DNA of 64,000 nucleotides from Mobula hypostoma (lineage: Eukaryota). Under the pieces are notes generated by a model. That model did not search any database and was not told where the DNA came from. It saw only the letters and a program-made list of their open reading frames with translations. The position numbers and the translations under genes were made by a program. Below, in pieces: positions 12,993-25,284 of this stretch (positions are counted from its first letter, which is position 1; each line of letters opens with the position of its first letter). The stretch lies in NCBI RefSeq assembly GCF_963921235.1, contig NC_086097.1, positions 180,236,001 through 180,300,000 of the forward strand, read 5' to 3'.

Positions 12993-15134
12993 GATCAGAA
13001 TCAGAATCAGGTTTATTATCACCAGCACATGACGTGAAATTTGTTAACTTAGCAGCAACAGTTCAATGCAATACACAATCTAGCAGAGAGTGAAAAAATA
13101 ATAATAAATAAAATAAAACATAATAATAAATAAACAAGTAAATCAATTACAATAATTGTTGTGAGGGGATCCAGCAGTGCCCCTATTAACTGTTTGAAGT
13201 GAGACAGAGAGAGACATTTATCATTGACGGTTTGTTTGGAGAGGAGAGAGAGACAGAGTTATTTACCACCGATGTGTTGCTTTTGAAAGGAGAGGGAGAG
13301 ATAAAGATTAACGGTTGGGCTGTCACCTTAAGGCATTGGAAGTAACTTTGGATTTTTACTGAGTTTGGAGTTGGAGACAGCACTGAGCAGCTCGAAAGTT
13401 GCTATGGTGACCAAAGGCAGATTATTGACGTTACTTTCAAGGACTTGTTGCCTGCTTGTGCACTTCTTTACAGACAAAGGAAGGAGGGACTCTTTGAATG
13501 GCAGGTGATGCTCAGCCTGGTGAAGTAAATGGGAGGTCAGATGATACAGACCTCAGACACATGATCCGGACGCTGAATGAGCATTGTTGTGCCCACAGGG
13601 AAAGTGGGTTTCGGAGGATCAATCAGGCGGATTGATCCAAGTTGCTATTCCAGTGAAGGAGAAGGGGTTGACTGGTGGGGAGTTGTCTATGTGTCCACCC
13701 TCGCCTAGGTGATAGCTCCACCACAGAAGACCGGTCCCCCTGGTTAAAGTCACAGTCGGTGACTTGTAAAGGATTTCAGAGGATGACGAGAAGATCGACG
13801 GCATCAGCTCACCTGAAGACTGAAATCACTCTCTCCCGATTGCTATTCAACTAAATACCACGAACTGAACTGAACTTTACTCAACATCGTAAGACTGTAT
13901 CTTTTTACCCCTAGACTTAAAGAAGCTTGGTTTTCATACATATATTTCCACACTTACTGATTTACGTACATATATATATATATAAAATCATTGCTAACCT
14001 GTTTGATTTATCTACATTTATATTACTGTATTGTGTAGTTACTAATAAATATTAGTAGCTTATAGCAATACTAGACTCCAAAGTGGTTTCTATTTCTGCT
14101 GGTTCTTTATCCCCGTCACGGGGTACGTGACAATGTATATTGAATAGATCTTTTAAAATGTGCGAAGAACAAAAATACTGTATATTAAAAAAGTGAGGTA
14201 GTGTCCAAAGCTTCAATGTCCATTTAGGAATCCGATGGCAGAGAGGAAGAAGCTGTTCCTGAATTGCTGAGTATGTGCCGTCAGGCTTCTGTATCTCCTA
14301 CCTGATGGTAATAGTGAGAAAAGGGCATGCCTTAGGTGCTGGAGGTCCTTAATAATGGACACTGCCTTTCTGAGACACCGCTCCCAAAAGATGTCCTGAG
14401 TATTTTGTAGGCTTGTGCCCAAGATGGAACTGACTCGATTTACAACCTTCTGCAGCTTCTTTGGGTCCTGTGCAGTAGCCTCTCCATACCAGACATACAT
14501 ACATACATACATACCAGCCTGTCAGAATGCTCTCCACAGTACAACTATAGAAGTTTTTGAGCGTATTTGTTGACATGCCAAATCTCTTCAAACTCCTAAT
14601 AAAGTATAGCCATTGTCTTGCCTTCTTTATGACTATATGGATATGTTGGGACCAGGTTAGATCCTCAGAGATCTTGACACCCAGGAACTTGAAGCTGCTC
14701 ACTCTCTCCACTTCTGATCCCTCTATGAGGATTGAAATGTGCTCCTTCATCTTACCCTTCGTGAAGTCCACAATCAGCTCTTTCATCTTACTGACTTTGA
14801 GTGCCAGGTTGTTGCTGTGGCACCATTCCACTCGTTGGCATATCTCACCCTTGTACGCCCTCTCATCACGACCTGAGATTCTACCAACAGTGGTTGTATT
14901 GTGAGCAAATTTGTAGATGGTATTTGAGCTATGCCTAGGCATAGAGTCATGTGTATATGGAGAGTAGAACAGTGGGCTAAGCACACACCCCTGAGGTGCG
15001 CCAGTGTTGATCGTCAGCGAGGAGGATATATTATTACCAATCAACACAGACAGTGGTCTTCCGGTTAGGATCCAATTGCAGAGGGAGGTACAGAGGCCCA
15101 GGTTCTGCAACTTCTCAATCAGGATTGTGGAATC
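12993..15134 (-). mobile_element. Rex1/Babar-type LINE, 5'-truncated, with its 3' UTR split by an LTR
   Basis: ORF 14349..15251 has [27 protein letters not shown] and CTVESILTG. Tail aataaacctgattctgattctg at about 12993-13017. Confidence 0.9.
13157..14132 (-). mobile_element. Probable solo LTR (about 975 bp)
   Basis: Non-coding block with TG...CA termini (tgttgtgagg...gtacgtgaca) that interrupts the AT-rich Rex 3' UTR. The TSD is not clean, the left edge is uncertain by 3 bp and the orientation is tentative. Confidence 0.65.
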
Positions 15135-15848
15135 TGTCACCTGACTAGTTTTATTGTCTAGTATGAGATCCAGAATGGGCTTGCCTCTAGTTGGCCTATC
15201 TACATATTGCCAGGAATCCTTCCTGGGCAAACCAAACAATTTCCACTCCATCTACCCCTTTTGCACTGAGAAGCCAATAACGATTAGGAAAGTTGAAGTC
15301 ATCCACGACTACACCATGTTACTTATGCACCATTCCTAAATCTGCTTCCCAATCTGCTCCTCAGTAACTCCGTTGATATGAAGGTGGGGGTGTCTATAGA
15401 ATACTCCCAATAGTGGCTGCTCACTTTCTGTCTCTGACCTCCACCCACACTGACTCAGTAGACGATCCCTCCGGGATGAACTCCCTTTCTGCGACTGTGA
15501 TAGTACCCCTGAATAGCAATGCCATTCCCCTACCTCTTTTACCTCCCTCTCTACCTTTTTTGAAACATCTAAGCCCTGGAATATTCAGCAGCCATTCCTT
15601 CCCTTGTGATAGCCGCAAAGTCATAGTTCCATGTGTTGATCCATGCTGTTCATTATCATTGTTCCTGATACTTCCTGTATTAAAATAAGACATAGTTCAA
15701 CCCATCTAACCTACTGCATTTATGCCCTATCTACTGCCTATCCTTCCTCACGGTCTCTCTACACGATGTATCTACCTTTACATCAACTACTGTACCCTCT
15801 GATTTATCACTTTGGTTCCATCCCTCTGCCAAACTAGTTTAAACTCTC

Positions 15849-16864
15849 CTGACTTTATTAACTTTGCCTCCAACTTTCACCCTGCCCTCAAGTTTACCTG
15901 GTCTATTTCCGACACCTCCCTCCCCTTTCTAGATCTTTCTGTCTCTGTCTCTGGAGACAGCTTATCCACTGATATCTACTATAAGCCTACTGACTCTCAC
16001 AGCTATCTGGACTATTCCTCTTCTCACCCTGTCTCTTGCAAAAACGCCATCCCCTTCTCGCAATTCCTCCGTCTCCGCCGCATCTGCTCTCAGGATGAGG
16101 CTTTTCATTCTAGGACGAGGGAGATGTCTTCTTTTTTTAAAGAAAGGGGCTTCCCTTCCTCCACTATCAACTCTGCTCTTAAACGCATCTCCTCCATTTC
16201 ACGTACATCTGCTCTCACTCCATCCTCCCACCACCCCACTAGGAATAGGGTTCCCCTGGTCCTCACCTACCACCCCACCAGCCTCCGGGTCCAACATATT
16301 ATTCTCCGTAACTTCCGCCACCTCCAATGGGATCCCACCACTAAGCACATCTTTCCCTCCCCCCTCTCTGCATTCCGCAGGGATCGCTCCCTACACAACT
16401 CCCTTGTCCATTCGTCCCCCCCATCCCTCCCCACTGATCTCCCTCCTGGCACTTATCCGTGTAAGCGGAACAAGTGCTACACATGCCCTTACACTTCCTC
16501 CCTTACCACCATTCAGGGCCCCAAACAGTCCTTCCAGGTGAGGCATCACTTCACCTGTGAGTCGACTGGGGTGATATACTGCGTCCGGTGCTCCCGATGT
16601 GGCCTTTTATATATTGGTGAGACCCGACACAGACTGGGAGACCGCTTTGCTGAACATCTACGCTCTGTCCGCCAGAGAAAGCAGGATCTCCCAGTGGCCA
16701 CACATTTTAATTCCACATCCCATTCCCATTCTGACATGTCTATCCACGGCCTCCTCTACTGTAAAGATGAAGCCACACTCAGGTTGGAGGAACAACACCT
16801 TATATTCCGTCTGGGTAGCCTCCAACCTGATGGCATGAACATTGACTTCTCTAACTTCCGCTAG
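15849..16864 (+). pseudogene. Penelope pol C-terminal half (RT thumb plus GIY-YIG endonuclease), no native start
   Basis: Uninterrupted frame of about 338 codons. The first 12 or so residues of the listed 350-aa ORF come from flanking CR1 sequence. Confidence 0.9.
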
Positions 16865-17155
16865 GCCCCACCTCCCCCTCGTACCCCAGCTGTTATTCCT
16901 TTTTATGCACACATTCTTTCTCTCACTCTCCTTTTTCTCTCTCTGTCCCTCTGAATATACCTCTTGCCCATCCTCTGGGTCACCCCCCCCGTCTTTCTCC
17001 CTAGGCCTCCTGTCCCATGATCCTCTCGTATCCCCTTTTGCCTATCACCTGTCCAGCTCTCGGCTCTATCCCTCCCCCTCCTGTCTTCTCCTATCATTTT
17101 GCATCTCCCCCTCCCCCTCCAGCTTTCAAATCCCTTACTCACTCTTCCTTCAGTT

Positions 17156-17191
17156 AGTCCTGACGAAGGGTCTCGGCCTGAAACGTCAACT
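17156..17191 (+). ncRNA. Minimal type I hammerhead ribozyme-like motif in the Penelope terminus
   Basis: agtc-CTGACGA-agggtctcggcct-GAAA-cgtc-aact contains the core boxes CUGANGA and GAAA, stem II agg/cct and a GUC triplet. Stem I is agtc/aact here and agtc/gact in sister copies. Confidence 0.72.
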
Positions 17192-19264
17192 GCGCCTCTT
17201 CCTATAGATGCTGCTTGGCCTGCTGCGTTCACCAGCAACTTTGATGTATGTTGCTTAAACTCTCATCTGCTTTAGTAAATCTTCTCAATTTCAACTGTAA
17301 CCTGTCATATTTTCCCTGAAGAGATCATAATAATCCACAAAACTAAAATATGCCCCTGAACCAATTCTTCAGCCACGTATTCAACTGCCAAATCATCCTA
17401 TCCTTACCCACACTGGCCCGTGGCACAAGCAGCAATCCAGAAATTACTACCCCTGAGGTCCTGCTCTTCAGCTTCTTACCTAGCTCCCTGTATTCTCTCT
17501 TTGGGACCTCATCACTTTTCCTACCTATGTCAATAGTATCAATATGTTGCATGGCTTCTGGCTGCTTACCCTCCCCTTAAGAATACTGTATCGGAGATGT
17601 CCCTGTCTCTGACACCTGGGACACAATATAGCATCTGAAGGTCTCCTTCACATCCACAAAATCTCCTGCCTGCTCCCATAAATGTTGAATCCCCTATTAC
17701 TACCCTCTCCTCTTCTCCCCCTGTCCTTTCTGAGATACAGAGACAGACTTAGTCCCAGAGACCTGGTCACTGTGGCTTTCCCTGGTAGGTCATCCCTTCC
17801 AGCAGTATCCATGCTATTGAGGCCAACAGCCACAGGAGTACCCTGCATTATTTGCCTATTCCCTTTAGCTCTCCTGACAGTCACACAGTTATCAGCTGTG
17901 ACTGTTTCCCTATAGATCTTATCTATCATCTCCTCATTCTCCCAAAGTAGGCAAAGGTTATCCAGCTCCTTTTCTCTAACACGGTGTGGAAGAAGCTGCA
18001 CTTAGATGCACTTCTCACAGATGCAGTAATCAGACAGACTGGAGGTCTCACAGATCTCCCACATCTTGCATAAGAAACACACTGAATTGGCATCTATTCT
18101 CACTACTCCAGCCAAAAACAAGGAAACTTGACTAAACCTCAGCCTCTCCTAGCACTGTTATGCCTTTTCCTGCAGCTCCCATTTTAACCACATGCAACTT
18201 GCGCCTCCTGTCTTTGTGCTATCTAGGACAGGCTCTCTTCTCATTACAGTACTACCATTCAGGAGGCTGAAGACCCATTCTCAATGATTCAGAAAGAGCT
18301 TCTTCCACTCTCCCATCAGATTTCTGAACAGTCTAAGAACACTACCTTGCTATTCCTTTGTGTTACACTATATATGTTGCAAATGTTACAGATGAAAAAC
18401 AACAAATTTCATTTCATACATCAGTGATAATAAATCTGATTCTGTTTAAATTCAATGATCTACTTCAGTTTGCTGGAAGCTCAATAACCAGGGAAACAGA
18501 TTTAACAAAATTGGTAAAATAAAAAGGACTAGGAGGGAAGATTTTCATCCAAAGTGTCATGATGCCTGGAACTTACTGTCAATTGAATTAAAAACCTTCA
18601 TCACATTTAAAAATGATGTACAAGGCTGGGCTGGGTGGCTACTTCATTACCAGCCCAATGAACTGAATCCGCATTGCTATTTCAGTAAAAATCACAGAGC
18701 ATGCACATGAAAGTCCTCGTGCAAGACCGTTCAATTGTTGAAGAAAGGAACCAGGGATGATCCTGGAAACTATGGACCAGTGAATCTCACATCAGTGGAG
18801 AGAATCCTTAGGGATAGGATTTATGAGCAGTTGGAAGACCAAGGCCTAATTAGCGAGAGCCAGCATGTCTCTGTGCGGAGCAAGTCGTGTCTTACTAATG
18901 ATTGAGTTTTATGACGAGGACGAATGATGAAGGTAGAGCTGTGGGTCGTGTCTACATGCACTTTAGATAGAGAGATGAAGGAAAGGAAGGGGGTGAGGCG
19001 AAAGATAGGTGATGAAGCAAGAGATGGGTGGCCGAGATACGGGATGCATTGGTGGGGAGGGAGTGGGTGGAACGGGTAAAGGGGAATGAGGTTGGGATTT
19101 GGAGGACGGATGATGAGGTGTGAGGGGAGGGGCGGAGGACGGGTAACGAGAGGCGGGTTAAGGGGAAGGTGTAGGAAAGGACCGTCGGGTGGGGGGGGGG
19201 TTGAAAGGGAGAGGTATTTTCTGCGGCGGAGAGGCAAGGTTGGGCCTTTCCCCCACCCTCTCAC

Positions 19265-19363
19265 CTGTTTGTTCGCTTCATCGAAGAAGACATTGTTGAC
19301 GGACGAGACCTTCTCGAAGTGAACCGGGCTGTCAGACAGCTCTAGGTAATGTCCGTAATCCAT
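19265..19363 (-). CDS. RMC1: RMC1 (C18orf8/MIC1, regulator of MON1-CCZ1) coding exon 1 (MDYGHYLELSDSPVHFEKVSSVNNVFFDEANKQ)
   Basis: 99 bp from ATG (context gggATGG) to a gtgaga donor. YLEL and VFFDEANKQ are the conserved RMC1 N-terminus. Confidence 0.95.
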
Positions 19364-19460
19364 CCCGACGCCTGACAGCAGAGCGCAGGCGCATTCGTCC
19401 CCAGTCGTCAGTAACGGGCATGCGCGGTCTGAATCCCGGTGAGCGAGAGCCAATGTTCAG
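19265..19460 (-). promoter_or_regulatory. CpG-rich RMC1 promoter/5' region with NRF1-like motifs
   Basis: Local CpG enrichment around exon 1. GCGCAGGCGCA at 19383-19393 and GCATGCGC at 19418-19425 resemble the NRF1 consensus. No TATA box seen. Confidence 0.6.
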
Positions 19461-19649
19461 CGTTTGTGATGCTGGTGGTAGAATGGCGTTGTATTTCCAA
19501 GTCAGAGGGTGACTTGGTGGGGAACCTGTGAGTGTCGCTGTTATCCTGCACTCATTACCGTTTGTGGTCGAGATCAAAGGCTGGGAAGTGCAGTTACTGA
19601 GTTAAACTGCCCTTCTATCCATTTCCCTCAGTTTATCTGTGGAAATTTG

Positions 19650-20060
19650 CAGCTGTCTGGTGATGTGTCTAATCTCCTCAAACTCCTGATGAAATATAGC
19701 CGCCGCTATGCTTTCTTCATATTTCCATCAATATGTTGGGCCCAGAATGGATCCTCAGAAATGTTGACACCCAGAAACTTGAAATTGCTCACTCTTTCCA
19801 CTTATGAGCCTTCAGTGAGGACTGGGATCTGTTCCCTCATCCCGCCCTCGTCCACAATCAATTCTTTGGTCTTACTGATGCTGAGTGCATGGTTGTTGCT
19901 GCAACACCGCTAAACCAGCTGATCGATCTTGCTCCTGTACGCCTCCTTGTCACCATATGGAATTCTGCCAACAATAGTTGTATTATCAGCAAATGTACAG
20001 ATGGCTTTTAAGCCACACAACCATGTATGTAGAGAGAGTAGAGCAGTGGGCTGTGTCCTG
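19650..20060 (-). mobile_element. Rex1/Babar LINE internal fragment
   Basis: TFADNTTIVGRI, and the opposite-strand read [14 protein letters not shown] is shared with other Rex copies. Confidence 0.8.
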
Positions 20061-20535
20061 GTACAGATGGGACAGTTTGCACCTGAACTGGCAGGAAAGT
20101 TTTTTTTATGCTGCATTGTGAGGTTTAATCTAGAATTGCAGGGGAGCCAGAGTGCCAGAACAGTTAGTGGAGAGTTTGTGCAGGCAAATGTTTGAATATG
20201 ATGCAACTAGTGTCCTGAGCTGTGTATATCTCAAAGCAAGAAGTTTCATAGGAAAGGTGGATGATAGTGCTGAAGGTGAGGTAGCTGCTTTACAAACAGA
20301 GGCAATGTGTAGTGAGGAAAGGCTGTTAATGGGTAAAATTGCAGTGAACAGGATGAGCTGCAACGTAAAAGGTGGACAAAATCAAAAAGGGCAAATACAG
20401 GAATGAAGAAGGGTCTTGGTCCTAAACATTGTCTGTTGACTTATTTCTATAGATGCTGCCTAGCCTGCTGTGTTCCTCCAGCATCTCATGTGTTGCTTGG
20501 ATTTCCAGCAACTGTAGATTTTCTCGTTTGTTACT

Positions 20536-21790
20536 GAATTGAATTGAATTGACTTTATTTCTTACATTCTTCACACACAAGTAAAAATCTTTGTGTTACG
20601 TCTCTCTGTGAGTGTGCAATGTGCAAATTATAGTAATTTGTAATAAACAGAATATACAGTAAGATACTGTATACAACAGAACAGTCAGTATAGCTTAGAA
20701 AGACAATTGTGTCAGCATAAATTAGTCTGATGACCTGCTGGAAGAAGCTGTCCTGGAGCCAGTTGGACGTGGCTTTAATGCTGCGGTACCATTTCCCAGA
20801 TTGTAGCCGCTGGAACAGTTTGTGAGTGGGGTGACTCAGGACTCCAATGATCCCTCTGGCCCTTTTTAAGCACCTGACACTGTAAATGTCCTGAATAGTG
20901 GAAAGATCACATCTACAGATGTGCTGGGCTGTCCGCATCACTCTCTGCAGAGTCCTGCGATTGAGGGAAGTACTGTTCCCATACCAGTGATGCAGCCAGT
21001 CAGGATGTTCTCAATTGTGCCCCTGTAAAAGTCCTTAGGATTTGGGGACTGTTGTGCTTTTTTCACCACACAGCCGGTATGTACATACCAAGTGAGGTCC
21101 TCAGTGATGCGTATGCCGAGGAATTTAAAGCTGTCAACTCCAGACCTATTGATGTCAATAGGGGTGAGCCTTTCTTGGTTCCTCCTGTAGTCCACAACCA
21201 GCTCCTTTGTTTTTGAGACACTGAGGGAGAGCTTGTTTCCTTGACACCACTGTGTCAGGGTGATAATTTCTTCCCTGTAGACTGCCTCATTATTACTTGA
21301 GATCAAGGCCAATCAACATAGTATCATCTTCAAATTTAATTGACAGATTGGAGCTGTGGGTGGCAACAGAGTCATGGGTGTACAGAGATTCAAGGAGGGG
21401 GCTTAGGACATAGCCCTGAGGGGCTCCTGTGTTGAGGATTAGAGGTAATGGAGCCCACTCTTACCACCTGCCAGTAATCTGCCTGGAAGTCCAAGATCCA
21501 GCTGCGCAAGGCAGGATGAAGCCGAAGTCTCTGAGCTTCTTGTCAAGCCTGGAGGGAATTATGGTACTGTATTGAATGCTGAACTGTAGTACAAGAACAG
21601 CATTCTCACATAAGCATCCCTCCTCTACTCCGGGTGAGTAAGGACAGTGCAGAGCTGTGGCTATTGTGTCATTTGTCAGTCGGTTGTGTCGGTAGGCAAA
21701 TTGTAGGGGGTCCACTGTGGGTAGTAGCTTGCTGCAGATGTAGTCCTTGACCAGCCTCCCAAAGCATTTGCTTATTATTGAGGTGAGTGT
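20536..21790 (-). mobile_element. Rex1/Babar LINE, same subfamily as 9290-10624
   Basis: MDPLQFAYRHNR and FKFLGIRITEDLTW, with a tail reading gaattgaattgaattgactttatt on the plus strand. Confidence 0.88.
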
Positions 21791-21799
21791 GTCAGGATG

Positions 21800-23935
21800 C
21801 CAGTCGACGGTGTTATATTTGAATGCATGCAGAATATGGAATAAGATAGATCAACCTGTAGCACAGTTGCAGATTGGCAGTTATGATGTTGTAGAATCCT
21901 GGCTGAAAGAAGATTATAGCTGGGAGCTTAATGTCCAGGGATATACATTGTATCGAAAGGACAGGCAGGAAGGTAGAGGGGGTGGTGTTGCTTTGTTGGT
22001 AAAAAAAATATCAAATTATTAGAAAGAGGTGACGTAGGGTTGGAATTGTGGATAAAAGGAACTGCAAGGGTAAAAAGACCCTGATGGGAGTAGTGTACAA
22101 CCCCCCCCCCAAAAAAAAACAGTAGTAAGGACGTGGTCCACAGATTACAATGGGAGATAGAAAATGTATGCCAAAAGGGCAATGTTACAATAGTCATGGG
22201 GGATTTCAATATGCAGGTAGATTGGGAAAATCATGTTGGTGTGAGAATCCAGGAAGGGGAATTTCTAGTGTCTACGAGATGGCTTTTTAGTGCAGCTCAT
22301 GGTTAAGCCTATTAGGGGATCAGCTATTCTGGATTGGGTGTTGTGCAATGAACCAGAATTGATCAGACAGCTTAAGATAAAAGAATCCTTAGGGGAAAGT
22401 GATCATAATATGATCGAATTCACCCTGAAATTTGAGGAGATGCTAAGGTCAGATGTATCAGTACTACAGTGGAGTAAAGGGAATTACAGGAGCTTGAGTG
22501 AGGAGTTGGCCAGAATTGATTGGAAAAGAACACTGGCAGGGATGATGGTAGTGTAGCAATGGCAGGAATTTCTAGAAGCAATTTGGAAGGTACAGGATAT
22601 ATACATCCCAAAGAGAAAGACGTGTTCCTAAAGGCAAGATGACACAACCGTCACCAACAAGGGAAGTCAAAGCCAACATAAAAGCCAAAGGGAGGGCATA
22701 TAATAGAGCAAAAATTAGTGGGAGGTTAGAGGATTGGGAAGCTTTTAAAAACCAACAGAAGGCAACTAAAAAGTCATAAAGAAGGGAAAGATGGAATATG
22801 AAAGTAAGCTAGCTAGTAATATTAAAGAAGTGACCAAGTTTCTTCAAATAAATAAAGTGTAAAAGAGAGGTAAGAGTGGATATCAGACCACTGGAAAACG
22901 ATGCTGGAGAGGTAGTAATGGGGGACAACAAAATGGCAGACGAACTTAATAAGTATTTTGCATCCATCTTCACTGTGGAATACACTAGCTGTATGGTGTA
23001 AGTTCCAGGTGTCAAGGGTCATGAAGTGTGTGAAGTTACTAAAGATAAAGGTTCTTGGGAAACTGGAAGGTCTGTAGGTAGATAAGTCACCTGGACCAGA
23101 TGGTGTACACCCCAGAGTTCTGAAAGAGGTGGCTGAAGAGATTATGGAGGCATCAGTAATGATCTTTCAAAAATCACTAGATTCTGGAAGACTGGAAAAT
23201 TGCAAATGTCACTCCACTTTTCAAGAAGGGAGAGAGGCAGAAGAAAGGAAACTATAGGTCAAGTAGTCTGATCACAGTGGTTGGGAAGATGTTGGGGTCA
23301 ATTATCAATGATGAGGTCTCAGGGTACTGGGAGGCACATGATAAAATAGGCTGTAGTCAGCATGGTTTCCTCAAAAGAAAATCTTTGAGAAATATATTGG
23401 AATTCTTTGAAGAAATAACAAGCAGGATAGACAAAGGAGAATCGGTTGAAGCTGTGCACTTGGATTTTCAGAAAGCCTTTGACAAGGTGCCACACATGAG
23501 GCTGCTTAACAAGCTACAAGCATATGGAATTACAGGAAAGATTCTAGCATGCATAAAGCAGTGGCTGGTTGGCAGGAGACAAAGAGTGGGACTGAAGGGA
23601 ACCTTTTCTGGTTGGCTGTGATTAGTGGTGTTTCACAGGGGTCTGTGTTGGGACCAATTCTTTTTACGTTAAATGTGAATGATTTGGATGGCGGAATTGA
23701 TGGTTTTATTGCAAAATTTGCAGACGATATGAGGTGGAGGGACAGGTAGTCTTGAGAAAGTAGAGAGGCTACAGAAGGATTTAGACAAATGGGCAAAAAA
23801 ATAGCAGATGGAATACAGTGTTGGGAAGTGTACGGTCATGCACTTTGGTAGAAGAAATGAAAAGGTTAACTAAATGGAAAGAAAATACAAAAAGCTGAGG
23901 TACAAAGAGACTTGGGAGTCACTGTGGAGGATTCC
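21800..23935 (+). mobile_element. Decayed CR1 LINE ORF2 (APE plus RT)
   Basis: LYLNACRI, ILDWVLCNEP, SDHNMIEF, LDFQKAFDKVPH, GSVLGP and KFADD. Confidence 0.9.
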
Positions 23936-23937
23936 AA

Positions 23938-25284
23938 TGACATAACAAGTTGAATAAACTAAACTGATTAACTTAAACAGAAACATATGAAGGACAACCA
24001 GACTAAAAGGTGAGGGGATGTGGCAGATGTGACAGCTTAACATTCAAATCATCAATTCTTACACCAAGGCAGGAGTGAGCAGAGCACCACGACACAAAGA
24101 AGTCGTCCTGCATTAGCAAGGTCCCTCTAAAGCAGACATTTCATAGGAGAAAGGAGTTTCAAGATGTGCTGTCCAATCTCTTCTGAAGAAGCACAAAGAA
24201 ATGGGCACGGCTGAGGACCAACAACTCAGTATAGCAGACAAGAGATACATGAAACTGACATCCCTTCGAAGTTGGAAGAAGTCCAGCACCGCTATTAGCT
24301 TTGAACTCACAGAAACCACTGAAACCCAAGTACACTCCTCTACCTTCTGGATAAGTCTTGACAGAAGTGGTCTTCATGGAAGAGTTGCTGTCAAAAAGCC
24401 ACTCCTCTGAAGTGGAAACAAAGCCAAAAGGTTCACCTATGCACAAAAACACAAGAATTGAGGTGCTGAATAGCAGCAAGTGCTCTGGACTGACAAGTCA
24501 AAATTTGAATTTTTTTACTGAAACATGAGGCAGTTTGTCTGGAGAACAGCTGGAGAGCACTGCATAGACGAGTGTCTGCAGCCAACAGTGGAACACAGTG
24601 GAGGTTCCTGCAGGTTTGGGGCTGCATTTCTGCAAATGGAGTTGGTGATCTGGTCAAAATCAATGGAATCCCCAATGCTGAGAAATACAAGCAGATTTTC
24701 ATCCATCACGCATACCATCAGGGAGGCATCTGATCGGTGAAGGGCAATGACCCCAACACATGGCCAAAGTCATAAAGAACTATCTTCAGCAAAAAGAACA
24801 AGGAGTTCTGCAACAGATGGTATGGCCTCCACACAGCCCTGATCTCAACATTATTGAGGCTGCCTGGGATTATCTGGAGAGGCAGAAGCAAGTGAGTCAG
24901 CCAAAGTCTGCAGAAGAACTGTGACAAGTTCTCCAAGATGCTTGGAACAATCTACCAGCCAATTTTCTTATAAAACTAAACCCAAAAGTTTTAAAGGCAT
25001 AGGGTGTTCAAACCAAATATTGATCTGATTTAGTTTTTTACTATTTACTGCTCTTTATTGTTTCTTTTTGTATTTAGAAACCTTTCACTTCATTACTTTT
25101 GAAAGCATCGTTCCTTTACAGAAGCAACACACACAAAATGCTGGAGGACCTCAACAGGTCAGGCAGCATCTATGGAAATGAATAAGCAGTCGACATTTCA
25201 GGCCGAGACCCTTCTTTAGGACTGAGAAGGAAGGGGGAAGGTGCTTTACATATTTTTCAAAGCATTTGACTTTGCAAGGTACTG
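23938..25284 (+). mobile_element. Tc1-family transposon (second family), decayed, right TIR present
   Basis: SGLHGRVAVKKPLL, LQPTVEHSGGS and a WPPHSPDLNIIE-like segment near 24822-24860. The end gactttgcaaggtactg approximates the reverse complement of cagtactgtgcaaaa at 62072. Confidence 0.88.
25121..25243 (-). mobile_element. Short Penelope-terminus insertion inside the Tc1 right end
   Basis: Matches the 17.15-17.25 kb terminus in reverse and is flanked by ctttaca (25114-25120 and 25244-25250). Confidence 0.8.

Larger units (their letters stand above)
15849..17254 (+). mobile_element. Young 5'-truncated Penelope-like retroelement with a 10-bp TSD
   Basis: Open frame to 16864 with the RT C-terminus (LPFLDL, YYKPTDSHSYL) and a GIY-YIG endonuclease (GVIYCVRCSRCGLLYIGETR, RFAEH). 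TSD ttaaactctc at 15839-15848 and 17255-17264. Confidence 0.95.
10700..18110 (-). mobile_element. Decayed CR1 LINE fragmented by nested insertions (pieces at about 10700-11090, 12015-12992, 15135-15848, 17255-18110)
   Basis: The pieces are collinear on the minus strand: ORF1 esterase (IDIGRKSDEV, VVISGLL), APE (GGKRGRGMALL), RT (NYRPVSFTSVVGK), then the 3' tail. Confidence 0.75.

Noticed and set aside
14349..15251. 300-aa ORF as a functional reverse transcriptase
   Set aside because: It is a fusion of a CR1 APE fragment with a Rex RT. The catalytic FADD reads FAHN, and a (CATA)n microsatellite at about 14494-14513 disrupts the frame.
18821..19453. 210-aa minus-strand ORF as a complete protein
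   Set aside because: Only 33 codons (19363-19265) are RMC1 exon 1. The Pro-rich remainder is read-through into a G-rich intron and CR1 debris.
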